This document shows positions 1-10,362 of a DNA stretch of 32,111 nt, piece by piece. The stretch lies in contig MU271688.1 of the NCBI GenBank assembly GCA_021432655.1, positions 1-32,111 of the forward strand. Direction: 5' to 3'. The translations under genes and the position numbers were made by a program. Each line of letters starts with the position of its first letter. Position 1 is the stretch's first letter. This stretch comes from Atractiella rhizophila (taxonomy: Eukaryota). Under the pieces are notes generated by a model that worked only from the letters and a program-made list of their open reading frames with translations, had not been told where the DNA came from and made no database searches.

Positions 1-354
1 CGAGAGAGCGAACGGCGAGCATCGTGAGGGAGCTCCATGGTGTGTATCTCACTACCTTCGATCTCTCCAGTGCTTACTCCACGGACAGTCTACGGACAAT
101 CAGTCCCGCTCTCTTCCCGGAATCCAAAACTGTTCCAACATCAAGGTTTTGGGACCCTCCTGATGGAAGAAGCGGAGCGGATAGCTAGAGAAGAGCATGG
201 AAGTCGGAAGATTGCAGTCATTTCCGGTGTCGGCGTGAGAGACTACTATCGTAAGCTAGGATATGTGAGGGAAGGGGTGTACATGACGTGAGTCGCTTTT
301 CGGTTACAGTTTTAAATAAGCTAATCAATGAGAGGCAGGAAAATGTTGTGGTAA
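1..354 (+). CDS. ELP3: Elongator complex catalytic subunit Elp3, 3' end (partial)
   Basis: Spliced translation ...[78 protein letters not shown] matches the conserved Elp3 KAT C-terminus. GT-AG introns at 40-88 and 288-338; TAA at 352-354. Confidence 0.97.
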
Positions 355-414
355 AGCATGTGTTCTAAAGGTGCCTGTATACTGGCTTTTCGCTGCAACC
401 ATATATCACATGTA

Positions 415-1658
415 TCAGGAAGCATTCCACTCAACTTTTAACACGACTCTCTCCATTCCCCCCGTCCCGCTACTCCACACTTTCTCCACCTCACCCTTCC
501 GCTCCTCCACCCTCTTTCTGAACTCCCATTCGCCAACTCCTCCTTCCATTCCAAAATACACACTCTTGCACGCCACATAAACCCTGCTTGTCGGGTCTGA
601 GTGATGCTCCATCACATCTATGAGGGAAGGAAGGGAATGTAACGCATAAATCGTCTCAGACGTAAGAATGTGTGTGAACTTTGCATCTGCAAGAGAAAGG
701 GAAGAAGAGAAAGACGACCAGGGACCAGAGAAGAAGCGGAGAACAATGCGACGTTTGTACAGATGTGATGTGAATGCCTCAATGAGTTCAGAAGTGATCG
801 GAACCTCATTCGAGTTCAGAGCTTGTGCGTCCGTGCGCTGAAGGTATGTGAGAAGGAGATTTGGAAGTGTGATGAGCTCCAGAACTGTGTCACTGATGTT
901 GGACCAGGTTCGGCGACACACATCGAAGAGCCCAGCGCACCTTCAGCATTATAATCCTGCAGAAAAATTTCACTCTGCGCAGAGACTTCCCCCTCTGCTG
1001 TCTCCTCCAGCAGTTTATCGAGCGCCCAACAAGCAGGCAGAGCGGAGCCGCATCCAAGCTATCCAGCCAAAACAACGAAATCAAGCTAGGTTTGTTCGTC
1101 ACAAATACAAAATCAGGGAGCGTACCTCCAGAATCCTCTTTCCGTTCATCGTCCATGTCTTCTCTCTCTCCGCCATCTCATGTAAACAAACGACTAAATC
1201 GACACCTCCTTCCCAAGTTTTCAACCCTCCTTCGTAGACACCCTGGACGAGGTCACTCTGCTCGCTCAGCTCCAACAATTTTTCCGTCCCAGACTCCTTT
1301 CCTTCATTTCCTTCGTCGAGAATGGAGCTGGAAGATCGTACTTGAAACTTCGCGTCATAAAGATCGCGCCGGAAGAGAGAGATGTTGGCAACTGGAGAGA
1401 ATGAGATGACAGGTGGAAGGGTAGACAGCTGTCTTCACTTCATCAGCTCTCAACGAGATGTGAAAGAGTTATGCTCACAAGATCGGAAAGGGAATGCTCT
1501 AAGAAAGGACGCTTAATTTCGCTGGAACCCATGGATACATCATCGGGATGTGAAGACGATGGAAGAGATGCAACCATCTCCCCAGTGGCAGGATCGTCCA
1601 TTTCATCCAGAGCATCAGATAGTGACGACATATCGAAGTTGAATTTGAACACTATCAT
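415..1658 (-). CDS. HPM1: Histidine protein methyltransferase Hpm1/METTL18-like, multi-exon
   Basis: Minus-strand exon motifs FKFNFD, RRDLYDAKFQ, DLVQGVYEGGLKTWEGGVDL, ILE|LGCGSALP (SAM motif I), QDYN, ILTSETIY and VYVACKSVYFGMEGGV. Exact start uncertain. Confidence 0.88.
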
Positions 1659-2744
1659 AAACGTTAGTACGAGTGCTCGTTACAGGTGTGAAAGATTAGG
1701 TACAAGGTCATCTCTATTTTCCAGGGAAATAGTCACTATTACTGTGCCTCAAAAATCCAGGCAAAGTGCACGCACTAAGTGATCGCACAATCTCCATCCT
1801 CATTTGCCATTTGCGTCATCAAAAACAAGTGCTCTTTCAATTTATGCAGCGCTCCCTGCTGCAGTGTCTCTCCAAAGCTTATTCAAATGCAATATTGCTG
1901 TTGTGAGCCAAATCTTAAAGGTCTCGAAAATGGTCACTGAAAATATGAATAATCACGGGCATCACTCCCGCCTCATTAGTTATACCAGACGGTTGGGATA
2001 TTCAATAGCTTTATTCCAGGATGTGCAGTCAGGACGTTGTATCAGTGGACACGGATCGAAGAGATGCGACAGCAACGCTCATCCTGAGCATGAAAAACTT
2101 TCATGGGAAAGCTTGAGGAAACTCACTCGTTGCCGTTGTCAAAAGGGTCTTCTACCAATAAATCAATTCAATCGCTCAAAGTGCTCTCTCTGCTGCCAAA
2201 TGTAACCAGGATTCTGAAGGAACTATGAGGCTTTGAACATTGATGATCTTTGCTGCAAATATCCATCTATCCATCCGAAACAGGCAACTCAATGGCGCAC
2301 GGCTTGCCTTCAAGTTATATACTCTCCACCGTTATAACAATGCTCCAGTTGCCATTTGATATTCAGGAAGGCAGGGATTTACAATGCCTAGAGCAAAGCC
2401 AATGTATAAGTGAGCTCATCGCGTTTCTCGACCAGGACTATCACGCGACTTGAAAAGCTTGCAGCTGAGTGAGGTGGTATTGACGGCCTCGTTCTCCTTA
2501 CTACGAATATTCCCAGACGTTCCATGGAGTAGAGAGAAATAGTAATTTCTCTGCATTGGAAAACAAATTAGGATGCATGCATAGCTGTTAGACAGTATGG
2601 GTACATGACAACAGATCTTGAATAAATGAAGCGACTTAAGTCTTTGATTGAGAGTGAATTTGTAAGTTCGTTGAGCTTGAGCTTCAGTGAAACTGGAATA
2701 TAACCTCTGCAACCCAACATTTGGTATTACTGGAAAGAATAAAT

Positions 2745-3221
2745 TTATCTGTTCAAAGCTTGATTTTGTGGAGCTGGGTTTGCCAAAGCGACTCCTATAA
2801 CCCTTCCGTCTACAATTTATCAGTATTACCTTCTTTCAGGGTTAACTAGGTCTTACTCTGTCCCCGCTCCTCTTAGATAAAAATGGAGTGGAGCAATGGG
2901 AAGCTTACCAGTCTAAATCCATTCATTCCCGCAACAGCGGCCTGAGCATGATCAGGTTCCCTGTACCTAGATCATCATCCGTCAGGAATACCCCTATTAT
3001 GTAACAGTAAAGACTAACGTAGCGAAGGCAAACCCACGAGACTTTCCCGTCTCTTTGTCCATCATAACCACTAAATCGCGCAGAGGGCCAAATTGAATGA
3101 ATTTTTCCCGCAGAAGTTCTTGTGTCGTTTCGTAAGAAATATTGCCGATCCAGACTTTGGTTTGTGCCCTAAGAACAACAGTCATTCGTCCCGCTACCCT
3201 CCATAAAAGATGCACCGACAT
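2745..3221 (-). CDS. Small single-RRM RNA-binding protein (91 aa model)
   Basis: RNP2 VWIGNI and RNP1 RGFAFATY. Proposed exons 3221-3220, 3168-3019, 2966-2909, 2857 and 2809-2745 total 276 nt and give MAQTKVWIGNISYETTQELLREKFIQFGPLRDLVVMMDKETGKSRGFAFATYREPDHAQAAVAGMNGFRLNGRVIGVALANPAPQNQALNR*. Confidence 0.85.
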
Positions 3222-3971
3222 TTTGTTCCCGAAGTCAATGCACAGATTTTCTTTTAGATGGTACGTATGCTATGAGAATAGGGAGAGAAGGAGTGTAATG
3301 AGGAGGCCAACGAGCAATATAAGAGCGCTGGAAGATGGCGTTGGGTCTTTATTATTTAGCCCTCGAATCCTAGAATACGCCACGAGTACCACAATCTTCC
3401 AGTAGCACTATAGTGGTTGATGATTCCATGCCCAAAGACAGGACGTGCGGAGTGACCACTCTTTTGAGGAACTAAGTTCGAGGCTTTCTTTGAGACTGGT
3501 CACGACCTTCCATTTTGACCTTGAAAGACGAAGATCACTTCGACAACCCCTATCCACGCTGACCTACAGTCTTGGAATTCTCAGATGGAGAAGCATCGGA
3601 AGACGTGCCCCTGGTCGGAGATGGCGCCTCCAGATCATCTTTCCAGGACAAACTTTAAGAACAAAGGGATCTCGAAATTTGCGGTTGTTGAAACCGTTCT
3701 GTACATGCGCTTGATGGAGAACTCTCGTGACAATCTCATGGGTCTCCATCTCATGTGTGCATTGTTGTTCTTTTGTTCCTGATTGGGATTGAGACTCCCT
3801 CTTCTTTGGGTCCAATTTACCCAGAAAGTTTACTGCACCAAACATTCGCGCCACAATTTCTCACAGCTGAACTTTTACGTTTCAGCCTGAAATCCTACAG
3901 CTCTTTTCGTTTAGATCCAAGGGGATTCTGCACATGTGAATGGTTTCCTTTCAGCTCTCCTTCTTCAACTT

Positions 3972-4147
3972 NNNNNNNNNNNNNNNNNNNNNNNNNNNNN
4001 NNNNNNNNNNNNNNNNNNNNNNNNNNNNNNNNNNNNNNNNNNNNNNNNNNNNNNNNNNNNNNNNNNNNNNNNNNNNNNNNNNNNNNNNNNNNNNNNNNNN
4101 NNNNNNNNNNNNNNNNNNNNNNNNNNNNNNNNNNNNNNNNNNNNNNN
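3972..4147. other. Assembly gap (176 N)
   Basis: Run of N characters. Confidence 1.
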
Positions 4148-5552
4148 GCTTTAGCAGGTTGCCATACGGGTTGCGGAGTACGATCCTCGGAAGGCGTGGT
4201 GGGGTCGGGGACGAGAGAGGATGCTAAGTTTGGAGGGAGGCCAGCATCGGTCTGACCTGTTTCATCATTGTGCTCGGTACCAGTCCGATGATAGGGAAGG
4301 CTTGTGGTTGGGTCGTCCTCAGTAACGTGTTGTGGAGTAGAGTTGGCGGGGGGGCTCTTTTGTGACGAGGGGAGACTTGAGAGAGCAGCCTAGCTTTGTG
4401 AAGTTGAATGGAGCTCTGGAGCTTTAGTAGGGAAGGAAAAGGTGAGTGGGTCCTGTGTGGAGGTAAACTGAGGAAGTAGCGACTAAGTTTCCTTCTTCGA
4501 GAGGTCTTGAAATTGCTTGAATTCCTTCTGCTCCCCCTCTAGACCTAAAAATGCCTACCGAGCTCCTGTCTCCTTCCCCATCGAACACCGGACCGATACT
4601 GCTTAGGTTTCTGCCGCCGTCCTATATCCGAATCGTTGATGCTGCTGTTGTGTCAAAAGCTTCGCCTTGAGTACCCGTAACTAGCGCCGGACCGTAACTC
4701 GTAGCGCGAGTTATTGAGTGCTCCTTGTGAAAGGAGCCAGGCATATAAGTGCCTAAGGGTCCGTCGTCAGTTCTTAAACAGCTTTTTTGGGTTTACGTTT
4801 GGCCCTTAACCATAACAGGAGTTGTAGTAATTTAACCGGTTGTTTAAAGCTCTAGAGAAGGGCCATACGAGGCAGAGGGAAGTGACCTAGGGACCCGTTT
4901 GTTGTAGTTCCCGTTGCTCGAGCGTCTGTGTCGGCGTTTGTTTCGGTGTCTAGGTCTTAGTCGAGTTCCAGTGTAGTCTTAGGGTGCTTCGGGGAGGCGA
5001 GAGTTTCGTTAGTAGTGGTGGCTGTTTAAGTAGGGGTTCCATGGGCGGGGAGGTCAGAGAAGGCCGTTTGTGGTGGCGAGGAATCGCCGTGAATAGGAGG
5101 CTTGTCTGGAAGCTTTACGATTTCCTTTACGGTGCTCGTGTCCGTAGCTAGAAGCAGGTTGACGCTAGACCAGTGTAGAGATTGTTGTTGATGGACGTAG
5201 CTTATCCCTAACGCCTTCTTGGCTTGACGCTGAGGACGCCGTACTCCCTATGTCAGTGGGTGGAAAAAAAACTTACACTCCTCGTACTCCTTCTTTCTTC
5301 TTTTGAATCTTCCTCTGAGCGCTTTTTCCTACAAGCAAAGTCTAGGGCCCCCGCTGGACGACTCGCTTGGCCTTCGCTTGGTCCACCATACCCTTAAATA
5401 ATCTGCCTCGCCCTTTAAGTTCAATACCTAGTGTTCCCGGTGTCTCCCAAAACCTATCTTCCTTCCGTTTTTCCTTTGTTAGTCGCCTCCGTTCTCCTCT
5501 TTTCCTGCTGTCGTCCCTCCTACCCTTCTAATTTCTGTTGTTCAATGCAGGT

Positions 5553-8326
5553 CTAAAAAGTGAAGGTTTGACTCCGTGGAAAACGTCCTTGGGTTGCGTG
5601 TTGCCTCCAGCCTTGAGTAAAGTGGATGTGTGCCTTTGCTTTCCTCTCCCATCGGCGTCCCAAACTAGGACCCTCCAGGCGAGCGGCTCCTCCTGCTTTC
5701 TTTCCAAGGTGGTGCCAGATAATGGCGTTGTTGTCCGTCATTGCGCAGATTGCAGCCTCAAAGAGGCGCCAATAGTGTGATAGAGGTATTTCTTTTGTGG
5801 TGTTGGAGAGTGTCGCCAGAAGGGAGAGCGAGGACTTCGCCTTCTTCTCGATCGCTTTTAAATGAGAATTGAAAGTTAACCTGGAATCGAGGAGCATTCC
5901 CAGGTATTTCATCTCAAGCGACTGCTTTATGGTTGTGGATCCTACACGAATTGTGAGCGTGCCAAATCAGGACTTCATCCCCTTCAGTTTCCCGTAGAGG
6001 ACGAAGTCCGTCTTGGCTTCCTCGAAAATGGCACCATGTTTCTCACCCCAGGCCATTGCTTTGTCGAGCATCACCTCGAGGTTAGCAATGGCCATCGGAG
6101 GGTTCGTTGCACGGGCATTCATGTGGATGTCGTCTACGAACCCGCATTTCAGAGATTCCCCTTCCGGCGCCTGTATTTCAAGGAGATCAGCATTGTAAAA
6201 CAGGTAGAGAATAGGAGAGAGGGGGATCCTTGTGCCAGTCCTATGGCAAGGGCGAATGGCTTTGAGGTGTAGCCGTCGAAGTTGTAGGTTGTCTCCCTAT
6301 CCATAAGCCACGATTGGATGATTTCAATCTTGCTTTCTGGGACTGCTCTTTTCCTTAGGTCGTCGATTAGTTGAGGGTGGACCACTGTGGGAAAGGCGCC
6401 TTTGACGTCCAAGGAGACTGAAGCCGTTACCTCTCCCTTCCTCCAGCCTTCTCGAATGAACTCTGTCACAGTTAGTAAGGCGTCGTTGGTGGATCGACCT
6501 GGCCTGGCACCGAAGTGATGGGAGGGGAGGGCACCATATCTCTCTGCGTGGAAGGTGAGTCTGGCTGAGATAATGCCGTCGAAAACTTTTGCCACACAGT
6601 CCAGGAGAGCGATGGGCCGGTAGGCTGAAGGTAGGGAGTAATCCGGTCGTTTGGGCTTTCTGAGAATGACCGTCGTGAAGCTTTTCCAAGACTTTGGGTA
6701 ATATTCAACAAGGTAGCAAGCTGAAAAGATGGTGAAGAGGGGTTGGCGAATCTCCGACCTAACCTCTTTTAATACCTTGTTGGAAATGCCAGTCAGCCCA
6801 GGAGCAGAGCTTGTTTTGATCCTATCTATTGCTTCATCAATTTCTTCAATCTTTAGCGGAACGGAGGGGGCAGAGGAAGGGGATGGGGATGGAATGTCAG
6901 AGAGGTCGCAGCATCGAGTGGAGGGGTTAAATGAGGAATGCAAAAGAGATGCTATTTCAGCTGGGGAGGAAACAGTGTCATCGGGACTGTTTGGGTCAGT
7001 GAGGGGAGGGATGTCACGACACTGTTCCTCCCTCTTTCCGTACTTATGCGCCGTCCATATTGAGTTTTTGTCCAGGTCAGCGAGGAAATCTTCGAAGTGT
7101 TGGGACTTTGCCTGCCTGATATCAGCGTGGAACTGGTTAGCCGCTCCTCGCCATCGCAGGCGGGTTTCCTCCATAGTTTCCTTACTGCCCCTTTTCTTAG
7201 CTTTGAGAAACCTGTTACGAAGTTTGTTGACCATCTTTCGCTTCTCTGACAGTTGATCCGTCCACCATCACTTTGTTGATTGTCCTTTAGATGCTACAGG
7301 TATCAGCTTCGTACCTTCAATCAACGCCGCTGTGAGGAGTTCAACTGCATCGTCTATCTTTTCTCACGTCGAAAGCCTGTCCACATCCCCTGGGATCCCT
7401 GCAAGTAGGTCAGACTTTTGTAGGTGTTCCCTTACCAGCTCCCAATTAGCTGACTGGGTGTTATATTGGACGTGGATCGAAGGCTGTCGGGAGTAGCGAA
7501 AGTTTGGTCACTAACTTGTAATGGTCCAGTTGTGACTGTCTTCCCCTTGGTCAGTAACACAATATGTTATATATTCGTCAGCTGTTTCGTTAGTGAAAAT
7601 GAGATCGATAGTAGTCTCGTAGCCTAAAGCGCTGATGTACGTTGGAACTCTGCTTTGTGAGCGTAAGGTGAGACCTATTTCCTCAAAACTTTCGAGGAGA
7701 TATTCTGCGTTGCCATCCATGCGGGTGTACCCTTCAGGGTTCCACTTGCAGTGATGCAGATTGAAGTCCCCCCCTACATATACCAGGTCTTCTTCACCCA
7801 GCAACCCTCTCTCTTTTGAATCAGCAAGGAGTATCATGATGTTGTCGATAGATTGTGTTCCTCCTGCTGCATTGTATACGTTGACGATAAAGAGATGCTC
7901 CCCTCCGCTCAGTGAAATCATGATTGCGGAAATGTCTGGAAATTTGGTTGGGATCTCAGTGAAGGAGTCTCCTTCGAAGGTTTTTAGATTAACCAGGATG
8001 ATTGAGCGTGAGACTTCTGACCTCGAGTCAGATGTTTTGATCTTTTTTGATAGCACTGCTATGTATCCTGGGAAGCGTATAAGGGTTCCACTGTCAGGAA
8101 GGACTGTGGGTGGTTCTTGAATAAGGATGATGTCCGCTAATCTGTCATTCGAGTTCATAAAAGAATGTGTAATGGTACCCCTTTTATCGTGGTTTTGTTG
8201 TATGATGGTAATGTATTTTTCCCAGCGAAGTGAAATGGGCGTAATAGGAGGAGCAGGTGGGTTATTTCCACTGTCTGAAGATGTGTCGCTTTCGTCATCA
8301 GACCATCTAAATATTTCATCTATCAT
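5553..8326 (-). pseudogene. LINE ORF2 (APE endonuclease + reverse transcriptase), with frameshifts and stops
   Basis: APE motifs ILIQEP, NVYN, GGDFNLHH and TIDLIF. RT motifs SSAPGLTGI, YRPIALLDCVAK, HFGARPGRST, SLDVKGAF, GLAQGSP, GFVDD (~6128-6142) and KYLGMLLDSRLTF. In-frame TGA at 7268-7270 (K*WW); frameshift at the C5 run ~6221-6225. Confidence 0.9.
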
Positions 8327-10173
8327 TCAACGACTTCATTGTTGCTCAATACCGGCAACTCTGACGTTTGACTCTCCATTTCTCGGTTTGGGGTGTTCTC
8401 TTTTTCCATATGTTCTCCCTCTGGACTTCTGGGTGCCCCTTCCGGTTCGTCATTCCAGTCGTCCTCCTTCTCAAAGAATTCTCCCAATTCCTTCTCTACG
8501 AGTCTCGCCTTTGCTCTGTCTGCTCTTTTTCTCAGGCAATTGTCTCCTCCGTATGCGCCATGGGCACCGTGTCCCTTATCTCCACAGTAGGCACATCGCA
8601 GAGAGACCCTAATGTGAGAGCAGGGCATTCCTGCAAGAGGAGGGGGATTATCGCCACATGGTGTGGGATTAGTGCCCTCTTGCATGAAGCAGGAGAGGTT
8701 TTTCATATAGTTTTTTGTGTCATGATCTTCCGCACAAGCTCCGCAGACCGGTCTGCCTTTCCTATGGCAATTTCTGCCAAAGTGTCCCAGTTGAAAACAG
8801 TTGAAACACTGAGGTAAGGCTCGAATCAATTTTTCAGCATTCAGGCGTCTGCCATTGAAGAGCACTCCTCTTTCAATGGCATCGTCCGCAACTTTGCCGT
8901 CTTTGAAGAATATCAGCAAGGATGAGAAGCTTTTCAGAACGCTGCTTTCTACATCCTTGTCCTTAAATACTTTCTTCGAGACCCATTCTAACTTCAGAAT
9001 GTCTGTCTCCGTCCAATTATTTCGCTCAAGAAGTAACTTCTTGACATGATTCTCATCCTTTATGTTCCTGTCTGTTGGGACTCTGTGAATCACCACCACG
9101 TCCGTTGGAACATTCCGAATGTATCTCTTAAGTTCACCGCATGCGTCAAGCCACTCTGTAATGGTTTCCGTAGCTCTGTTACAGTTGACGGTGTCGTTGA
9201 ACCATAGAGTTAGTCCCCCTCCAGGTAGTTTGTCGACTGCTGACGCAGTAACAATACTGTTATCCTGTTCTTCGGGGGTCTCATCTCTTGTTGGTTCTCT
9301 GAACACCATTCTTTTGACTAGAGCATTGTTCACCTGAGTAAGCAGATCCGCTTCGGGTTTATCAACATAATGGCATTCCAATCAGGTGGAGGGAAAAGTG
9401 TCAGCTTTTTGAAGCGATTTCTCCTCTGGCGAGCTTTCTTAGAAGCGGCCTTTGAATGGATGGGAGCATTTTTGATGTCTAGAAGTGATGGAAGAAGGCT
9501 AAGTGGAGGGAAATCCTTTGCATCCGGGACCCAAGCGGGTCGGATGTCGTTCCTTTCACGAACGTGGATTCCCTCTGCGAGTTTGCTTTCAATCCCATCT
9601 AGTCTGTCTAGAATCAATTCGATTGACTTGTTTGTGATAAGTTGATTGCGAAAGATGTGACACATTTCACTAAGAGGGTCTACCTTGAGGAGAGAGAGAC
9701 ATGTTTTTAGAAGGGTACTGATATTGTCTACTACGGTTTGATCCGTTTTAAATTCCCCTCTAGCATTCCTAAGTTTGTTGTTCCTGCACATAGCACGAAA
9801 TTCTGTGAACGTAAAGTCCAAAAGTTGGACCGGATCGTTTTGGATCTCTTCATCAATGCCCAAAACGTCCACAACTCTTGGAAAGGAAGGGGTGGCATGG
9901 ATGGAATGAGATGGGGCAGACTCCCAGTTCGAACCACTCTTATCAACGAGGTATGTACTATTGGCCCTTCCTCCTCCATCGCTTTCATCGACAGCCCTCT
10001 GGCTATTCCTCATGGTTCCTCCTTTGTTAGCACCTGCGGAGGAGAGCTGGCTTTGGGGATCGGGGGGCGCGTGTAGAAGTTGGTGCAAATTCTACTCGCA
10101 GTTCCCCTCCTTTCCCAGTTCTAGAAGTGGCCTTTCCGCCCTCTTGCGAAGGGTTGGGGCCTTTCTGGGGCAT
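8323..10173 (-). pseudogene. LINE ORF1 (gag-like nucleic-acid chaperone), frameshifted
   Basis: Probable ATG at 10173 (MPQKGPNP...). Frame breaks near 10065 (C6 run) and near 9370. Contains VVIHRVPT, QCFNCFQLGHFGRNC (CCHC), CGACAEDH and CAYCGDKGHGA. Confidence 0.85.
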
Positions 10174-10362
10174 GGTGGTGGGTGGTTTGTGTTGGAGAGT
10201 CGGTTTTGATGCAGGGTGAAATATAGGAGTCGCGGTCGTTATTCCTCATCTTTTTGGTAATCATTATAGTATATTAACCCCGTGACCTCGTTGTCTGGTG
10301 ATTTCCAACAGAGTTAGCAAATCTAAATGACCATACTTTGCTAATCGCACTGTCTAGAATAT

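Larger units (their letters stand above)
5030..10260 (-). mobile_element. Non-LTR retrotransposon (LINE), Tad1-like, disrupted; boundaries approximate
   Basis: Gag-like ORF1 with Cys/His knuckles, followed by ORF2 with an APE endonuclease and RT. The 3' part is degenerate. No target-site duplication or tail identified. Confidence 0.9.

Noticed and set aside
1804..2712. Short ORFs on both strands between HPM1 and the RRM gene
   Set aside because: No recognisable domain or coherent exon chain; may be a decayed gene but this cannot be supported.
3400..3971. Several overlapping 65-96 aa ORFs before the gap
   Set aside because: No motifs; some ORFs are extended artificially by the N run.
8283..8302. 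Minus-strand CTGATGA-CGAAA resembling a hammerhead core
   Set aside because: No stem II or flanking stems; it simply encodes SDDES in LINE ORF2.
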